A DNA stretch of 64,000 bases from Octopus vulgaris. Its lineage: Eukaryota. Positions 13,392-27,152 of the stretch are shown piece after piece (within the stretch, counting starts at the first letter, position 1; the number at the start of each line of letters is the position of its first letter). The translations under genes and the position numbers were made by a program. The notes under the pieces were generated by a model. That model searched no databases, was not told the origin of the DNA, and was given only the letters and a program-made list of their open reading frames with translations. Location of the stretch: the NCBI GenBank assembly GCA_951406725.2, contig OX597817.1, forward strand, positions 144,212,001 through 144,276,000, read 5' to 3'.

Positions 13392-13766
13392 TAGTAGTAT
13401 CGCCCGGCGTCATCGGGTTTGTTTCGACCCTTTAGAATTGGAATTTTTGAAAAGTAAAACTTTTGCATTATGTAGCTTGTTATTCTCTTTAAGTGAACAT
13501 TTTTCTGGTTGAAATACACCGAAAAATGGTGACACAGCAGTCAAAAAATCGCAAAAAATAGGGATTTTCATAGAAAAAAAGCACCTTTTCGATGTAACAT
13601 GGTCCAATTTGAATTTTTTCTGCTACGGAAGGAAGAGCAAGCCTTCTTCTATCATACACTCAATTTTGGTCAACTTGCGCAGCAGGGTCTCGGAGGATAT
13701 AGTGTTAGTTGAAGGCTACAAAACCTGCCATACACAGACAACTTCAGCTTTATATATATATATATA
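13391..13766 (-). mobile_element. Non-autonomous Helitron H1, copy 3
   Basis: CTAGTAGTATCGCCCGGCG...CAGACAACTTCAGCTTTATATA, inserted in (TA)n. Confidence 0.82.
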
Positions 13767-13920
13767 GGGGAAGAATTCACAAAAAAAAACAACAGACGAA
13801 GACAGGTGATGTAGAAAACAAACAGATGCATTAGTATAACGCTCGGGAATTGAAAAAGTCTTTAACGTTCTGAACATACGCTCTTCCACAGAAAGAAACA
13901 AGGAGAGAAAAAATGTGTGT
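13767..13920 (-). mobile_element. PLE-type terminal repeat with a degenerate hammerhead-like motif (13858-13897)
   Basis: Minus: TCTTT-CTGTGGA-A-GAGC(GTAT)GTTC-AGAACGTT-AAAGA; stems I and II intact, core mutated. Confidence 0.4.
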
Positions 13921-13964
13921 AAATATGCTAGACCATAATTTTTTTATCATTCATTCTTTTATTT

Positions 13965-14356
13965 GTTTCAGTCATTTCACTGCGGCCATGCTGGACCACT
14001 GCCTTTAGTCAAACAAATCGACTCCAGGACTTTTCTTTGTAAGCGTAGTACTTATTCTAACGGTCTTTTATGCCGAACCGGTAAGTTACGGGGACGTAAA
14101 CACACCAACAAGCTTTGTTAAGCGATGGTGGGGGGATACACACAGACACACAAATACCTACACACACACACACACATACACACACCTATATATATACAAC
14201 GGACTTCTTTCAGTTTCCGTCTACCAAATCCACTCACAGGCTTTGGTCGGCTCGAGGCTATATAGTAGAAGACACTTGCCCAAGGTGCCACGCAGTGGGA
14301 CTGAACCTAGAATCATGTGGTTGGGAAGCAAGCTTCTTGTCACACAGCCACTCCTG
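13965..14356 (-). mobile_element. SINE S1, near full length
   Basis: tRNA-like head GGAGTGGCTGTG..GGTTCAGTCCCAC, CORE GGCACCTTGGGCAAGTGTCTTC, internal (CA)n(TA)n. Confidence 0.85.
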
Positions 14357-14373
14357 CTCTTTTATTTTCTTTC

Positions 14374-15035
14374 CAGTTATTAGATTGCAGCCATACTGGA
14401 GCACCGCCTTAAGGAATTTTCTCGAACGAATTGGCCCTAACATTTATTTTTTAAAGCCTGATATTTATTCATCCGTTCACTTTTGCTGAACCGCTAAGAT
14501 AGCGGGACGTAAACACACCAAAATCGACTGTCAAGCTGTGGTTGTTGTTTGTTCCTTCTCGAACCACGCCTGGCTCATAAGGGCCGGTTTTTCGGTTTCC
14601 TTGGCGTACAGGTTTCCCACCTGGACGGGACGCCGGTCTGTCGCAGGTGAGCTGCAAGATGCAGGAGGAAAGAGTGAGAAAAATTTGTGGCGAAAGAGTC
14701 AGCAGAAGTTCGCCATTACCTTCTGCCGGAGCCGCGTGGAGCTTAGGGGCTTCACTCATAAACACACACATCGCCCGGTCTGAGATTCGAACCTGCGATC
14801 CCTCGACTGCGAGTCCGCTGCTCTAACCACTAGGCCATGTGCCTCCACAAGCTTGTGGTGGGACACACTCACACCTACAACCCCTTCCCACCACACATAT
14901 ACGACGGTTTTCTTCCAGTTTCCCTCTACCAAATCCACTCACAAGGCTTTGGTTAGCCCAAGGCTATAGGAGAAGACACTTGCTCAAAGTACCACGCAGT
15001 AGGACTGAACCCAGAACCATGTGGCCGGGAAGCAA
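14374..15035 (-). mobile_element. SINE S1 copy interrupted by a younger SINE
   Basis: S1 sequence at 14374-14537 resumes at ~14850-15035. Confidence 0.75.
14540..14848 (-). mobile_element. tRNA-derived SINE family S3 with target-site duplication
   Basis: Head TGTGGAGGCACATGGCCTAGTGGTTAGAGC..GGTTCGAATCTC; imperfect TSD CAAGC(T)TGTGGT; tail CCTGCGACAGACCGGCGTCCCGTCCAGG shared with 55983-56231. Confidence 0.85.
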
Positions 15036-15399
15036 CGCCTAAATCTTTGAAAGCTCATCTATGGTTGCTTAGTCTTTGAAAGCCCATCCCTCCCTGGGTC
15101 TGACTGCAGCTGATTTATTCTAGAAGGCGAGAGAAACAGACAGATTCAAAGAAAGAATAAGAAAAGAATCGACCCCAGAATCTGACAAGAACTTTATTCA
15201 TCGACTCTGAAATGCAATGCTGACCTCGGTGGGATTTGAACTTGAAGCGTAGAGAGCCATAACTATTATCAATGCCATCTGTCCGACGCTTTAACGACTC
15301 TCAAGTGACCAGCTTTATCAATCATCAAAGATCTCTTAACTTAGTAGACCAAGGCAAGTAAAGATATTATAAATATCTTTCTCGATTCATTTAGACTGA

Positions 15400-15617
15400 T
15401 AAGGCCGGTTTCCCAGCTTCTGTGGCAGATATACTACCCCTGGATGGGATACCAGTCCATTGCAGAATAACTTATTTTTGCAAGGTGAGTGGACGGAAGC
15501 AACGTAAAATGAAACATTTTGCTCAAGAATACAACGCGTCGTCCAGCTCTGAACTCGAAACCACAATCTTGCGACTTTGAATCCAGCACACTAACCACTG
15601 AGCCACACGCCTCCACA
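15400..15617 (-). mobile_element. CORE-type tRNA SINE
   Basis: Head TGTGGAGGCGTGTGGCTCAGTGGTTAG..GTTTCGAGTTC; CORE-like TTCTTGAGCAAAATG. Confidence 0.75.
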
Positions 15618-16100
15618 GACAAAAGCAAAGATGAGAGTGTTTCTAATCTTAATCACACAATTTCAGTTTACAGAATAAAATGTTTTCCAAAGAAACATAT
15701 TCTCAAGAAACTTTAATCAGTTTCTCCAATTTTAGTTGAGTACTTCGAATACAACCTTAAAAACATATGAAATGAATTGTGAACGATCATAACCATGATG
15801 GAGACCCATAAGGCCTTTAATTGCAATGAAAAGAAACGTTGATAGCCTGGTTGTTGTAGCGATGTCCATTTGCCACAAAACATTACTACAGGAATGTAAT
15901 TTCCTGAGATGGTATTTGACTAAAGTGGCTTTAATTTTATTGGCCTGCTTTTCATTATACATACATACGTACATACATACATACATACATACATACCTAC
16001 CTACCTACCTACCTACATATTTACCTACCTATATATACATGCATATATATATATACTTACATATATATATATATATGTGTATATGTACGTGTATACGTAT

Positions 16101-16148
<48 letters not shown>

Positions 16149-16516
16149 GCATATATATATACGTGTATGTATATATATATATATATATATAAATGTATGT
16201 ATGTATGTGTACATATATATATATACATACATATGTTTATGTATATATATGTATACATATACATACAAATGTATATGTATATAAACATATACATATGTAT
16301 GAACACAAACACACACATTAAATGATTTGACCAGGTATTTACAAAGATACACACACACACAGCGCGCGCGCATAACATTAGACCTACCTCAGCCTTTTCC
16401 TCTTCTAATTTCATTCTTATAATCTAATTTGATGTTACTAAAATGCAAATTTACATATTACTACGTCCTTCATTAACATATTAAATATGTTGAGTATAGT
16501 GAAACCAATCCCAGAT

Positions 16517-17143
16517 AAAGTTTTGAAAGCATTTGGTATGTGTGTGTGTGTGTGTGTGCGTGTGCGTGTGTGTATGTGCGCGTGTGTGTGTTTGTGTTTG
16601 TGTGTGTGTATGTGTGTGTTTGCGTGTAGGTGTGTGTTTGTGTGTATGTGCATGCGTTCGTATGTGTGTCGTGTGTGTGTGCGTGCATGCGTGTCGTGTG
16701 TGTATGTGCGTGTGTGTGTGTGTGTGCGTGTGTGTTTGTGTGTATGTGCATGTATGTGTGTGCATGTGCGTGTCTATGTGTGTGTGCGTGGACGTGCGTG
16801 TGTGTGTGTATGTGCGTGTGTGTGTATGTGTGTGCGTGTGTGTGTGCGTGCGTGTATGTGTGTTTGTGTATATGTGCATACATGTGCGTGTATGTGTACG
16901 TGTGTGCGTATATGTGCCTGTGCGTGTATGTACATGCGTGTGTGCGTGCGTGCCTGCGTGCGTGCGTGTGTGTGCTTGTGTGTATGTGCGTGGACGTGCG
17001 TGTGTGTGTATGTGCGTGCGCGCGCGTTTGTGTATATATGCGTAAATGCGCGCGTGTGTGTGTCTCTGTGTGTGTGTATGTGCGTGCGTGTGTATGTGTG
17101 TGTTTGTGTGCATGTGCGTGTATGTGTGTGTGTGTGTGTGTGT
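16517..17143. repeat. ~630 bp degenerate (GT/GC)n alternating purine-pyrimidine tract
   Basis: Read directly. Confidence 0.95.
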
Positions 17144-17239
17144 GTTCTATGTGATGAGGGTTAACTAATACCACTTAGCAATCTAGAAAAAAACCAAAAA
17201 AAGAGAACCAGCACATGAATGATTCCTTTTACTACAGAC

Positions 17240-17560
17240 ATTATTCTTGAGAGTGACGAATTCATAGAAACGTGGTCAGGTCACCGAGAATAAAGAAGTC
17301 CAAGGAAGAAGACTGAGGGTCAGGACATTTAATCCATAAACATGAGTGCGACAACAAACGCTTTATTTCGCTCGAGGGCTCGTCAGAAACTACTAGTGTT
17401 TTCTGGTTTTTATTGTTACATAGAGAAGCAGAGATGTAAAGACATATATAGAGAAGGACTATGGTCGAAAGAAAGCTACACCAGTAGGTGGGAGTAAAGC
17501 GGTGGGTGGGATGTGTGTGTGGTGTTATTAAGGCCTGTAACGAAGCCTCAAAGGGGGTGG
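17240..17560 (-). mobile_element. Decayed PLE 3' end with hammerhead remnant (17360-17390)
   Basis: Minus strand ...TGLNNT (resembles a GIY-YIG C-terminus), then GTTT-CTGACGA-GC(CCTCGA)GC-GAAA-TA-AAGC. Confidence 0.4.
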
Positions 17561-17619
17561 GGATAGTGTTGAATAAGGGGATAGTGTCGGTATATCCGTC
17601 TTTACTCTTTAGTTTTCCT

Positions 17620-17952
17620 GCAGGTACATGGCGCAGTGGTTAGAGCGCCGGGCTCACAATCATGAGGCAGTGAGTTCGATTCTCGGACCGAGTTGGGTGC
17701 TGTCTTCTTGAGCAAGACACTTTTTTTCATGTTGCTCCAGTTCACTCAGCTGTAGAAACGAGTTGCAACGTCACTGGTGGCAAGCTGTATCGGCCCCTTT
17801 GCCTTTCCCTTGGATAACATCAGTGGCGAGGAGAGGAGAGGCTGGTACGCATGAGTAACTTCTGGTCTTCTACAAACAACCTTGCTTGGACTTGTACCTC
17901 GGAAAGGGGACTTTCTAGGTGGAATCCCATGGTTGTCATGACCAAAGGGGTC
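17620..17952 (+). mobile_element. CORE-type tRNA SINE with a different tail
   Basis: A-box TGGCGCAGTGG, B-box GAGTTCGATTC, CORE TCTTGAGCAAGACAC. Confidence 0.8.
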
Positions 17953-18217
17953 TTTTTTTTTTTACAAAAAAAAAACACCTTATTTTTCTATATGCCATTG
18001 AAAATCACAAAGCCACTGACGGTTTCTTGAGTGAAACTAGGCATATTTTATCGAAACTACGGGTATAGTTTGAATGCATTAATGCATAAATATATATCTT
18101 TTATATTCATGCGACAAAATCTGTAACTGACGATAAAAACGTGTGTGAATTTTATGGCTATGAAACAATTGAAGTTTAACATTTGACTATCGCTGATATG
18201 CATACAAATGTCAGCAA

Positions 18218-18330
18218 TACATTATTTACATTTGTCGGATATTTGTCCTCATCTTGTTTGTTGTTAACACAACGTTTCGGCTGATATACCCTCCAGCTTC
18301 ATCAGGTGTCTTGAGGAAATTTCGAACCTG
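18218..18330 (-). mobile_element. Hammerhead-bearing repeat family A, copy 1 (HHR 18266-18310)
   Basis: Minus: GACAC-CTGATGA-A-GCTGG(AGGGTATA)TCAGC-C-GAAACGT-T-GTGTT. Confidence 0.75.
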
Positions 18331-18410
18331 AGTAGATTTTCCTTACGTTTGTCCTCTCTCTCTCTCTCTCGCGATACATACATACATACATACATACATA
18401 CATACATACA

Positions 18411-18446
<36 letters not shown>

Positions 18447-18510
18447 TACATACATACATACATACATACATACATACATACATACATACATACATACATA
18501 CATACATACA

Positions 18511-18547
<37 letters not shown>

Positions 18548-18554
18548 GTATGGA

Positions 18555-18845
18555 AGCATTCCGTCGGTTAAGACGATGAGGGTCCCAGCAGATACGATCA
18601 ACGGAACAGCCTGTTCGTGAAATTAACGTGCAAGTGGCTGAGCACTCCACAACACTTAGGGAGATTCAGCGTGACAAAGAGTGTAACAAGGCTGGCCCCT
18701 TGAAATACTACTCATTTTTGCCACCTGAGTGGACAGGAGCATCACGAAATAAAGTGTCTTGCTCAGGGACCCAACGCGACGCCGAGAATCGAACTCGCGA
18801 CCCTACGATCGTGAGTCGAATACCCAAACCACTACGTCATGCGCC
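18555..18845 (-). mobile_element. CORE-type tRNA SINE family S4
   Basis: tRNA head at the right end (GAGTTCGATTCTC), CORE, and the tail seen at 5551-6350. Confidence 0.8.
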
Positions 18846-19139
18846 TTCTCCCCCCCACACACAAATATATGCACACACACATAAGTGTGTGAATGTGTAT
18901 GTGTGTGTGTGAGCGCGCTCGCACGGATGTGTATATGTGTGTGTGCGTGTGTGCATGTGTGCTTGTATGTGCTGGTGTGTGTATTCACAGTAGAAAACTG
19001 GATTCTTAGAATCAAACACCACTCACAGTAAACATCCCCACAAGGAACCGGCTATCAGCTGACAGAGTAATAAATTACGACGCAGCGTAATATGTCTATA
19101 CTGCGAAAAATCCGGGATATACGAACAATAAATAGTTCC

Positions 19140-19162
19140 ATGTATGTATGTATGTATGTATG

Positions 19163-19194
<32 letters not shown>

Positions 19195-19900
19195 TGTATG
19201 TATGTATGTATGTGTATGTATGCATGTATGTATGTATGTATGTATGTATATATGTGTATGTATGTGTATGTATGTATGCATGCATGTATGTATATATTTA
19301 TACATGTATGTATGCCTGTATGTGTGTATGCATGTAAGTATGTATTATATGCATGTATGTATGTGTGTATGTATGTATATATGCATGTATGTATGTGTGT
19401 ATGTGTGTATGTGTGTATGAATGTGTGTATGCATGGATCCATGTATATATGCTTGTATGTATGTATATATGTATGTATGTATGTGTGTGTGTATATGTAT
19501 GTATGCACATATCTATGTGAGTAAGTATGGACGGATGTATGCGCGTATGTATGTATGTATGTATGTATGTGTGTATGTATGTATGTATGTATTATGTATG
19601 TATGTATGAATTGATAGATAGATGTATATATGCATGTATGTAGGTAGGTATAGATGTATGTATATATGTATGTATGTTTGTTTGTATGAATTGATAGATA
19701 GATGTATATATGCATATAAGATGGTAGGTATGGATCTATGTATGTATTCATGTATGTATGAATCTACGTTTGTGTGTGTGTATGTATGTATGCATGTATG
19801 CATGTATGTATATATACATGTATGCATGCATGTATGTGTGTATATATGTATGCCTGCAAGCATGTATGTATATATGTATGTATCTGTATGCATGTATTTG
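19140..19900. repeat. Degenerate (ATGT)n microsatellite
   Basis: Read directly. Confidence 0.95.
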
Positions 19901-20391
19901 CGCACGCAAATGATTACTTTCCCCCCAGAAAGAAGAGCGACATGGCCGAATCGAGATAAACATAGCAGAAGATTTATGAGAAGCAATTTCTATACCAAAT
20001 TTTGTCTGTCTTGAAATAGTTTAGTGCAGGATGTTTGTTGAGCCTCTGAGGCAGATAAAAATTGATTGATACCCGACAGAGAATATATTAGCAGGAGAGG
20101 AATTCCAGTGAATTTGTAAGTCTGGGATAAATGCTCGTTTAAAGTGTTGTGGGTTTGTAGTTGTGATTGTGAGACAACGGAAGGCTGAAGAGAAAAAGCG
20201 ATTTGAGGAGAATTGGAGGGGAGGTGAAAGTGATACACGACTTAATCAGAGAATGAAGGGTAGTCTCCGTGCATTTGAAGAGTTTCCCACATTAGAGAGA
20301 GAGGGAAAAGGGAGAGGAGAAACTATAATTCCTTAGTTTCAGATGTGTATTTTGTCTTTTGTCTTTTAGTTGTTTTAATCATTGGATTTAT

Positions 20392-20617
20392 TTCTTTATT
20401 GCCCACAAGGGGCTGAACATAAAGGGGACAAACAAGGACAGACAAACGGATTAAGTCGATAACATCGACCCAGCGCGTAACTGGTACTTATTTAATCGAC
20501 TCTGAAAGGATGAAAGGCAAAGTCGACCTCGGCGGATTTGAACTCAGAACGTAGCGGCAGACGAAATACTGCTAAGCATTTCGCCCGGCGTGCTAACGTT
20601 TCGGCCAGTTCACCGCC
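20392..20617 (-). mobile_element. SINE S2, full monomer
   Basis: Matches 31760-31992 and 54295-54521; abuts a tRNA-head fragment at 20620-20712. Confidence 0.85.
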
Positions 20618-20889
20618 CTAATAAACATACACAACGCCCGGTCTGGGAATCGAAACCGCGATCCTCCGACAGCGAGTCCGCTGCCCTAACCACTGGACCA
20701 TTGCATCTCCATCACGCTCTACTGGCTCAATAAAAAGGAATAACACATTGGACTAATGCATTTCAGTTGAGGATGATAGGGTTTGCATGTGCGTGAATGT
20801 AAGAGTGTTATGTGAGCGTGTATGTTTATGTGTGTCGTTGTGTGTGCGTTTGTGGCACTGCATATGCATGTGTGTGTTTATACAAACCC

Positions 20890-21048
20890 GAGTTAATTAG
20901 TATACTAACCCGAATCCTGAAATCTTTCCGCGCTACGAAGGACGTGTTGATCTTCCAGTAACCGGATCCTTCTCTATTCGTCTGTTCTATGTTGGCTTTA
21001 GAAGTCATAAATTCGTGCTCTGAGTAACCAACTACGTGCGGCTGCGGG
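20890..21048 (-). mobile_element. Tx1/L1 ORF2 fragment (end of APE endonuclease)
   Basis: VGYSEH...EGSGYWKINTSFV resembles the SDH...GPGYWKLN motif. Confidence 0.6.
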
Positions 21049-21474
21049 CAGGGTCGGATTAAGACCCAGAGAAGTCCTAAGCACTTAAAAGATTTCGGTG
21101 CCCCCATATATATATATAATTCAAAATATAAACAATAATAAACCATAAAATAATTTTAAAAAATTTTACAATGAAACGAAACTAACTGTAAAATGAAAAA
21201 CAGTGTTTATTTTTGTATACTTCCGCTTTATTTACACTTGAAAAATGTTCCCCCTACTTTTTTAATTGCAAAGTCTTTGATCAGATCCTCAAAATTAATC
21301 TTATATAACACATCTGCTTCTATACAAAGCAGAGATAAGGCATCTCGAATATCAGTGTAGCAAGTTTAAAGTAATTACTTTTGTGCTTTAGACTATTTAC
21401 CATTTCTGTGGTGCCACCCCTCCCCTGATGTCCTAAGCACGTGCTTATTTTGCTTTATGGTTAATCCAGCGCTG
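21049..21474. mobile_element. Non-autonomous hAT transposon
   Basis: TIRs CAGGGTCGGATTAA / TTAATCCAGCGCTG; 8-bp TSD GCTGCGGG/GCTGTGAG (6/8); minus-strand remnant DALSLLCIEADVLYKINFEDLIKDFAIKK resembles the hAT C-terminal dimerisation region. Confidence 0.85.
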
Positions 21475-22216
21475 GCTGTGAGCTACTTATACTCTACTTT
21501 ATATCTGCTAGTTGAACCTCTTCAGTCACGGATAAAAAAATAAAACTATTTTTTAATTCTTATTTTTTATTTATTCCAGAATAAATAACACATATTGAGT
21601 AAAATCTTAAAGAATTCAGTATTCGATATACTTAATTTTTAGCACGGAGAAATGAAAATTTGGTAACACTAGGTAAAAAAATACTATTTTACTTACATCT
21701 GTGAGATTTACGAGACGACGCAGCCATCTTTTATGACTTGTGAGCAAACACTGAGTCAGAATCACGTGGTCTTGGTTATATATGCGTTTTAGAGGTGTCC
21801 TATGAATTGTTAAGTGTAATTCAATTATAGTTTATATATCTTTTGTGATTTATGTTGAAAACTTGGCCAATAACTTAGAATACATTGGATAAAATGACTG
21901 GAAGTAGAATATACGAGATTGACTGAAAAGAAACTGACAGAAGAAGTTCTGTTTGAAGAATTTGGAGTTGTTGTCTAGCCCCGATTCAGCAGAACTAAGA
22001 TCATAGACATTCTCTCTGTGGCCATCCTGTCTGTTCAACCATAGTTTCTCTCAGGTCGCGATGACCAAATAAGTCTTTCAATTTACTTTCCAAAAAGTTT
22101 GGGTGTAAATTCATGGAAGACTTGGTTGCTATTTCTAGCAAGCTCACTGGTCTCATAGAAACCCCTTTATATTTTGTTTTGAGAATGGAGAAGTTATTAT
22201 TATTTAGTTCTGTAAA

Positions 22217-22425
22217 GCGGCGAGTTGGCAGAGTTGCTACCGCAACGGGCAAAATGCTTAGCGAAATTTCGTCCATCTTTGCGTTCTAGGTTCAAATTCC
22301 ATCGAGTTCGAACTTTGCCTTTCATTCTTGCGGGGTCGATAAAATAAGTACCAGTCGAGCACTGGGGTCAATGTTAATCAAGTAACCATTCCCCCCAAAT
22401 TTCAAGCCTTGTGCCTGCAATAGAA
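22217..22425 (+). mobile_element. SINE S2, variant tail
   Basis: GCGGCGAGTTGGCAGAG..GGTTCAAATTCC..GGGGTCGATAAAATAAGTACCAG. Confidence 0.75.
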
Positions 22426-22491
22426 AGGGTTGTTGTTTAACTTTAGGTCAATAATGATCGGACAAGTTTATAATGAAAGGTGTTTCAGCAC

Positions 22492-24261
22492 AAACCAACC
22501 AAACAACCAACCAAACAACCAGCCAACCAACCAACCAACCAACCAACCAACCAACCAACCAACCAACCAACCAACCAACCAACCAGCCAACCAACCAACT
22601 AACCAACCAACCAACCAACCAACCAACCAACCAACCAACCAGCCAACCAACCAACTAACAAACCAACCAACCAACCAACCAGCCAACCAACCAACCAACC
22701 AACCAACCAACCAACCAACCAGCCAACCAACCAACCAACCAACCAACCAGCCAACCAACCAACCAACTAACAAACCAACCAACCAGCCAACCAACCAACC
22801 ATCTTACCAACCGACCGACCGACCGACCGACAAACCAACCAACCAACCAGCCAGCCAACCAACCAGCCAACCAACTATCCAGCCAGCCAGCTAACCAGCC
22901 AACTAGCCAACCAGCCAACCAACCAACCAACTAACAAACCAACCAACCAGCCAACCAACCAACCATCTTACCAACCGACCGACCGACCGACCAACCAACC
23001 AACCAACCAACCAACCAGCCAGCCAACCAACCAACCAACCAACCAACCAACCAACAAACCAGCCAACCAACCAACTAATAAACCAACCAACCAACCAACC
23101 AACCAACCATCTTACCAACCGACCGACCGACCGACCGACCGACCAACCAACCAGCCAACCAACCAACCAGCCAGCCAACCAACCAACCAACCAACCAACC
23201 AGCCAGCCAACCAACCAGCCAACCAACTATCCAGCCAGCCAGCTAACCAGTCAACCAACCAACCGCCATTCAACCAACCAACCAACCAACCAGCCCACCA
23301 ATCAACCAACCAACCAACCAACCAACCAACCAACCAACCAGCCAACCAACCAGCCAGCCAACCAACCAACCAACCAACCAACCTAACAACCAGCCAGCCA
23401 GCCAGCCAAGCAACCAACTGACCAGCCAACCAACTAGCCAAACAACCACCCAGACAACCAGCCAACCAACCAACCAACCAACCAACCAACCAACCAACCA
23501 ACCAACCAACCAACCAACCAACCAACCAACCAACCAACCAACCAGCCAACCAACCATCCAACTAAAAAACCAACTAACCAGCCAACCAACCTACCATCTT
23601 ACCAACCGACCGACCGACCGACCGACCGACCGACCGACCGACCGACCAACCAACCAACCAACCAACCAACCAGCCAGCCAGCCAGCCAGCCAGCCAACCA
23701 ACCAGCCAACCAACTATCCAGCCAGCCAGCTAACCAGCCAACCAACCAACCGGCCATTCAACCAACCAACCAACCAGCCCACCAATCAACCAACCAACCA
23801 ACCAACCAACCAACCAACCAACCAACCAACCAACCAACCAAACAACCAACCAATCAGCCAACCAGCGAACCAACCAACTAACCAACCAACCAACTAGCCA
23901 ACCAACCAACCAACAACCAGCCAGCCAACCAACCAACTAACCAACCAACCAACCAACTAGCCAACCAACCAACCAACCAACCAACCAACCAACCAACCAA
24001 TCAACCAGCCAACCAACCAACCAACCAGCCAACCAACCAGCCAGCCAACCAACAAACCAACCAGCTAACCAACCAACCAATCAACCAGCCAGCCAAAAAC
24101 CAGCCAACTAACTAACCAGCCAACCAACCAACCAACTAAACAGCCAGCCAACCAACCAGCCAACCAACCAACCAGCTAACCAACTAACCAACCAACCAAC
24201 CAACCAACCAACCAACTAAACAGCCAACCAACCAACCAGCCAACCAACCAACAAACCAACC
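22492..24261. repeat. ~1.8 kb (AACC)n array with higher-order structure
   Basis: AACC with AGCC/GACC/AACT variants; diagnostic motifs recur in order. Confidence 0.95.
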
Positions 24262-24984
24262 TTTCATTTAAACAGTGTATCTGAGACTACATCATCGAAT
24301 GTGCCCTGCATTAAAAAGACAGTTGTGTGTGATTTGAGGACGATTTAACTGCTACTTCTAGCAGGTCGAGTGACAACGTAGAGGCTCCATTGTTTTATGT
24401 CATTGTTCTTTGTTAGTGTGTGCGTGCGTGCGTGCATATATGTGGCTCAAGATTGTAGTTTGTGTTTAGCTCTGTGTGTGCGTACGTGTGTGAGCGTGCG
24501 TGCGCTGCGCGCGTGTGTGTATGTGTGTATGTGTGTATGTGTGTGGGACGGGTGTAGACGAGATAATGACAAAGTGGAGACGACATAACATTAATAAGTA
24601 ACATGCAGAGAATGAAGTACGAACATAAACGCATGCGCACACATGTCTACACACACACACACACACAAGCATGTACATACACACATATTCTTTTGCGAGT
24701 TCCAAAAAAAAAAAATAAAAAAACAACCTCAACAAAAGACAATAAAAAAAAAAACGACAGAATTGAATTATGGGCGGAATCTAAAATAACAGTAAAAATC
24801 TCCATCAAATCACGCGGCAACTGTCTCGACAGGGAAAGGGTTTAGTGGCAGCGGCGGCGGCGGTGGGAATTCGCAACAGTAATTATTTATTTAGCGTCGA
24901 GTTTGCAACGTCTCTCATCAACTTCCTCTTCGCTCCTCTGCTTGTGTCTGTCTCTTTTGTTCCAAGTTTTGTTTTGAATGGCGT

Positions 24985-25110
24985 GAAGGAGGAAAGCAAA
25001 GAAGGAGATGAAGGAGGAAGAAGAGGGGGGAAAGGAGAGAGGAAGAGTGCGAATGCGACGATGACGAAGAAGAAGAAGATGATGATAAGAAAGAAGAAGT
25101 GGAAGAAGAA

Positions 25111-25145
<35 letters not shown>

Positions 25146-26182
25146 AGAAGAAGAAGAAGAAGAAGAAGAGGAAAGACGAAAAAGATGATGACGAGAAAGA
25201 AGAAGAAAGAAGGAGGAGGAGAACAAGAAGGATTAGAAAAATAAGGAAGACGAAGAAAAAGTTAAGAAGGAAGAAAGAAGAAGACAATAAAGGAAGATGA
25301 AGAAGATGAGAAGGAAGAAGAAAGAAGGAGGAAGAGAATAAGAAGGATTAGAAAAAGAAGAAAAAGATAAGAAGGAAGAAAGAAGAAGACAATAAAGGAA
25401 GATGAAGAAGATGAGAAGGAAGAAGAAAGAAGGAGGAAGTGAATAAGAAGGATTAGAAAAAGAAGAAAAAGATAAGAAGGAAGAAAGAAGGAAGATGAAG
25501 GAGAATGCAAAGTATTAGAAGAAGAAAAAGAAGAAGACGACGACGAAGAGACGAAGAAGGAGAAGAAGAAGAAGATAAAGAAGAAGAAGAAGAAGAAGAA
25601 GAAGAAGAAGAAGAAGAAGAAGACGAAGAAGAAGAAGGAGGAGGAGGAGAGGAAGAAGAAGAAGAAGAAGAAGAAGAAGAAGAAGAAGAAGAAGAAGAAG
25701 AAGAAGAAGAAGAAGAAGAAGAAGAAGAAGAAGAAGAAGAAGAAGAAGAAGAAGAAGAAGAAGAAGAAGAAGAAGAAGAAGAAGAAGAATATGAAGGAAG
25801 ATGAAGAAAATGAGAAGGAAGAAGAAGACGGAGGAGGAGAATAAGAAGGATTAGAAAAAGAAAAAGATAAGACGGAAGAAAGAAGAAGGAAGACGAAAGA
25901 GAATGCAAAGTATTAAAAGAAGGAGACAAAGGAGAAAAACAAGAGGAAGAAAAAGAAGAAGGAGAATGCAAACTATTAAAAGAAGAAAAGGAAGAAGAAT
26001 TAAAGAAAGAATTAGTGGAAGATTTAGAAGATAAAGAAGAAATTGTAAGCACAATAGAGATTATACGATAAGAGAGAGAGAGAGTATATAAAGAGTATAG
26101 AAGAGAAGAAAGAGGATGAAATGGAGATAATTAGATATGGGGGAAACTGGGAGGTTAGAGGGGAGAGGAAAAAGGACAGGCG

Positions 26183-26240
<58 letters not shown>
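24985..26240. repeat. Polypurine (GAA)n/(GA)n field with ~100 bp tandem subrepeats
   Basis: AAGAAGGATTAGAAAA recurs at ~25225, 25340, 25445 and 25843. Confidence 0.9.
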
Positions 26241-26248
<8 letters not shown>

Positions 26249-26490
26249 CAATAGAAAAATTATGGGGTTTGCAGAAATATAAAACGGTGAGAATGATTAA
26301 GAAGGAAAGAATATAGAGAAGAAATGAAGAGAGAGAGAGAGGGGGGGAAGGTGAGATGGATGGTACCTTTGGATAAATATGTAAGGAGGATAAAAGGAAT
26401 AACGAGAGAGACAGACAGGCATATAGAGATAGACAGATAGATAGATAAGCATATACTTACATATATAATGGACTACCTACCATATATACC

Positions 26491-26530
<40 letters not shown>

Positions 26531-26599
26531 ATATATATATGTGTATATATACATATATATATATGTATATATATATGTGTATATATATATATGTATATA

Positions 26600-27152
<553 letters not shown>

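Noticed and set aside
21850-22200. Possible Tc1/mariner remnant
   Set aside because: Too degenerate to support.
22492-24261. Telomeric array or CRISPR-like repeat
   Set aside because: Unit is AACC rather than TTAGGG, there are no unique spacers, and the context is eukaryotic.
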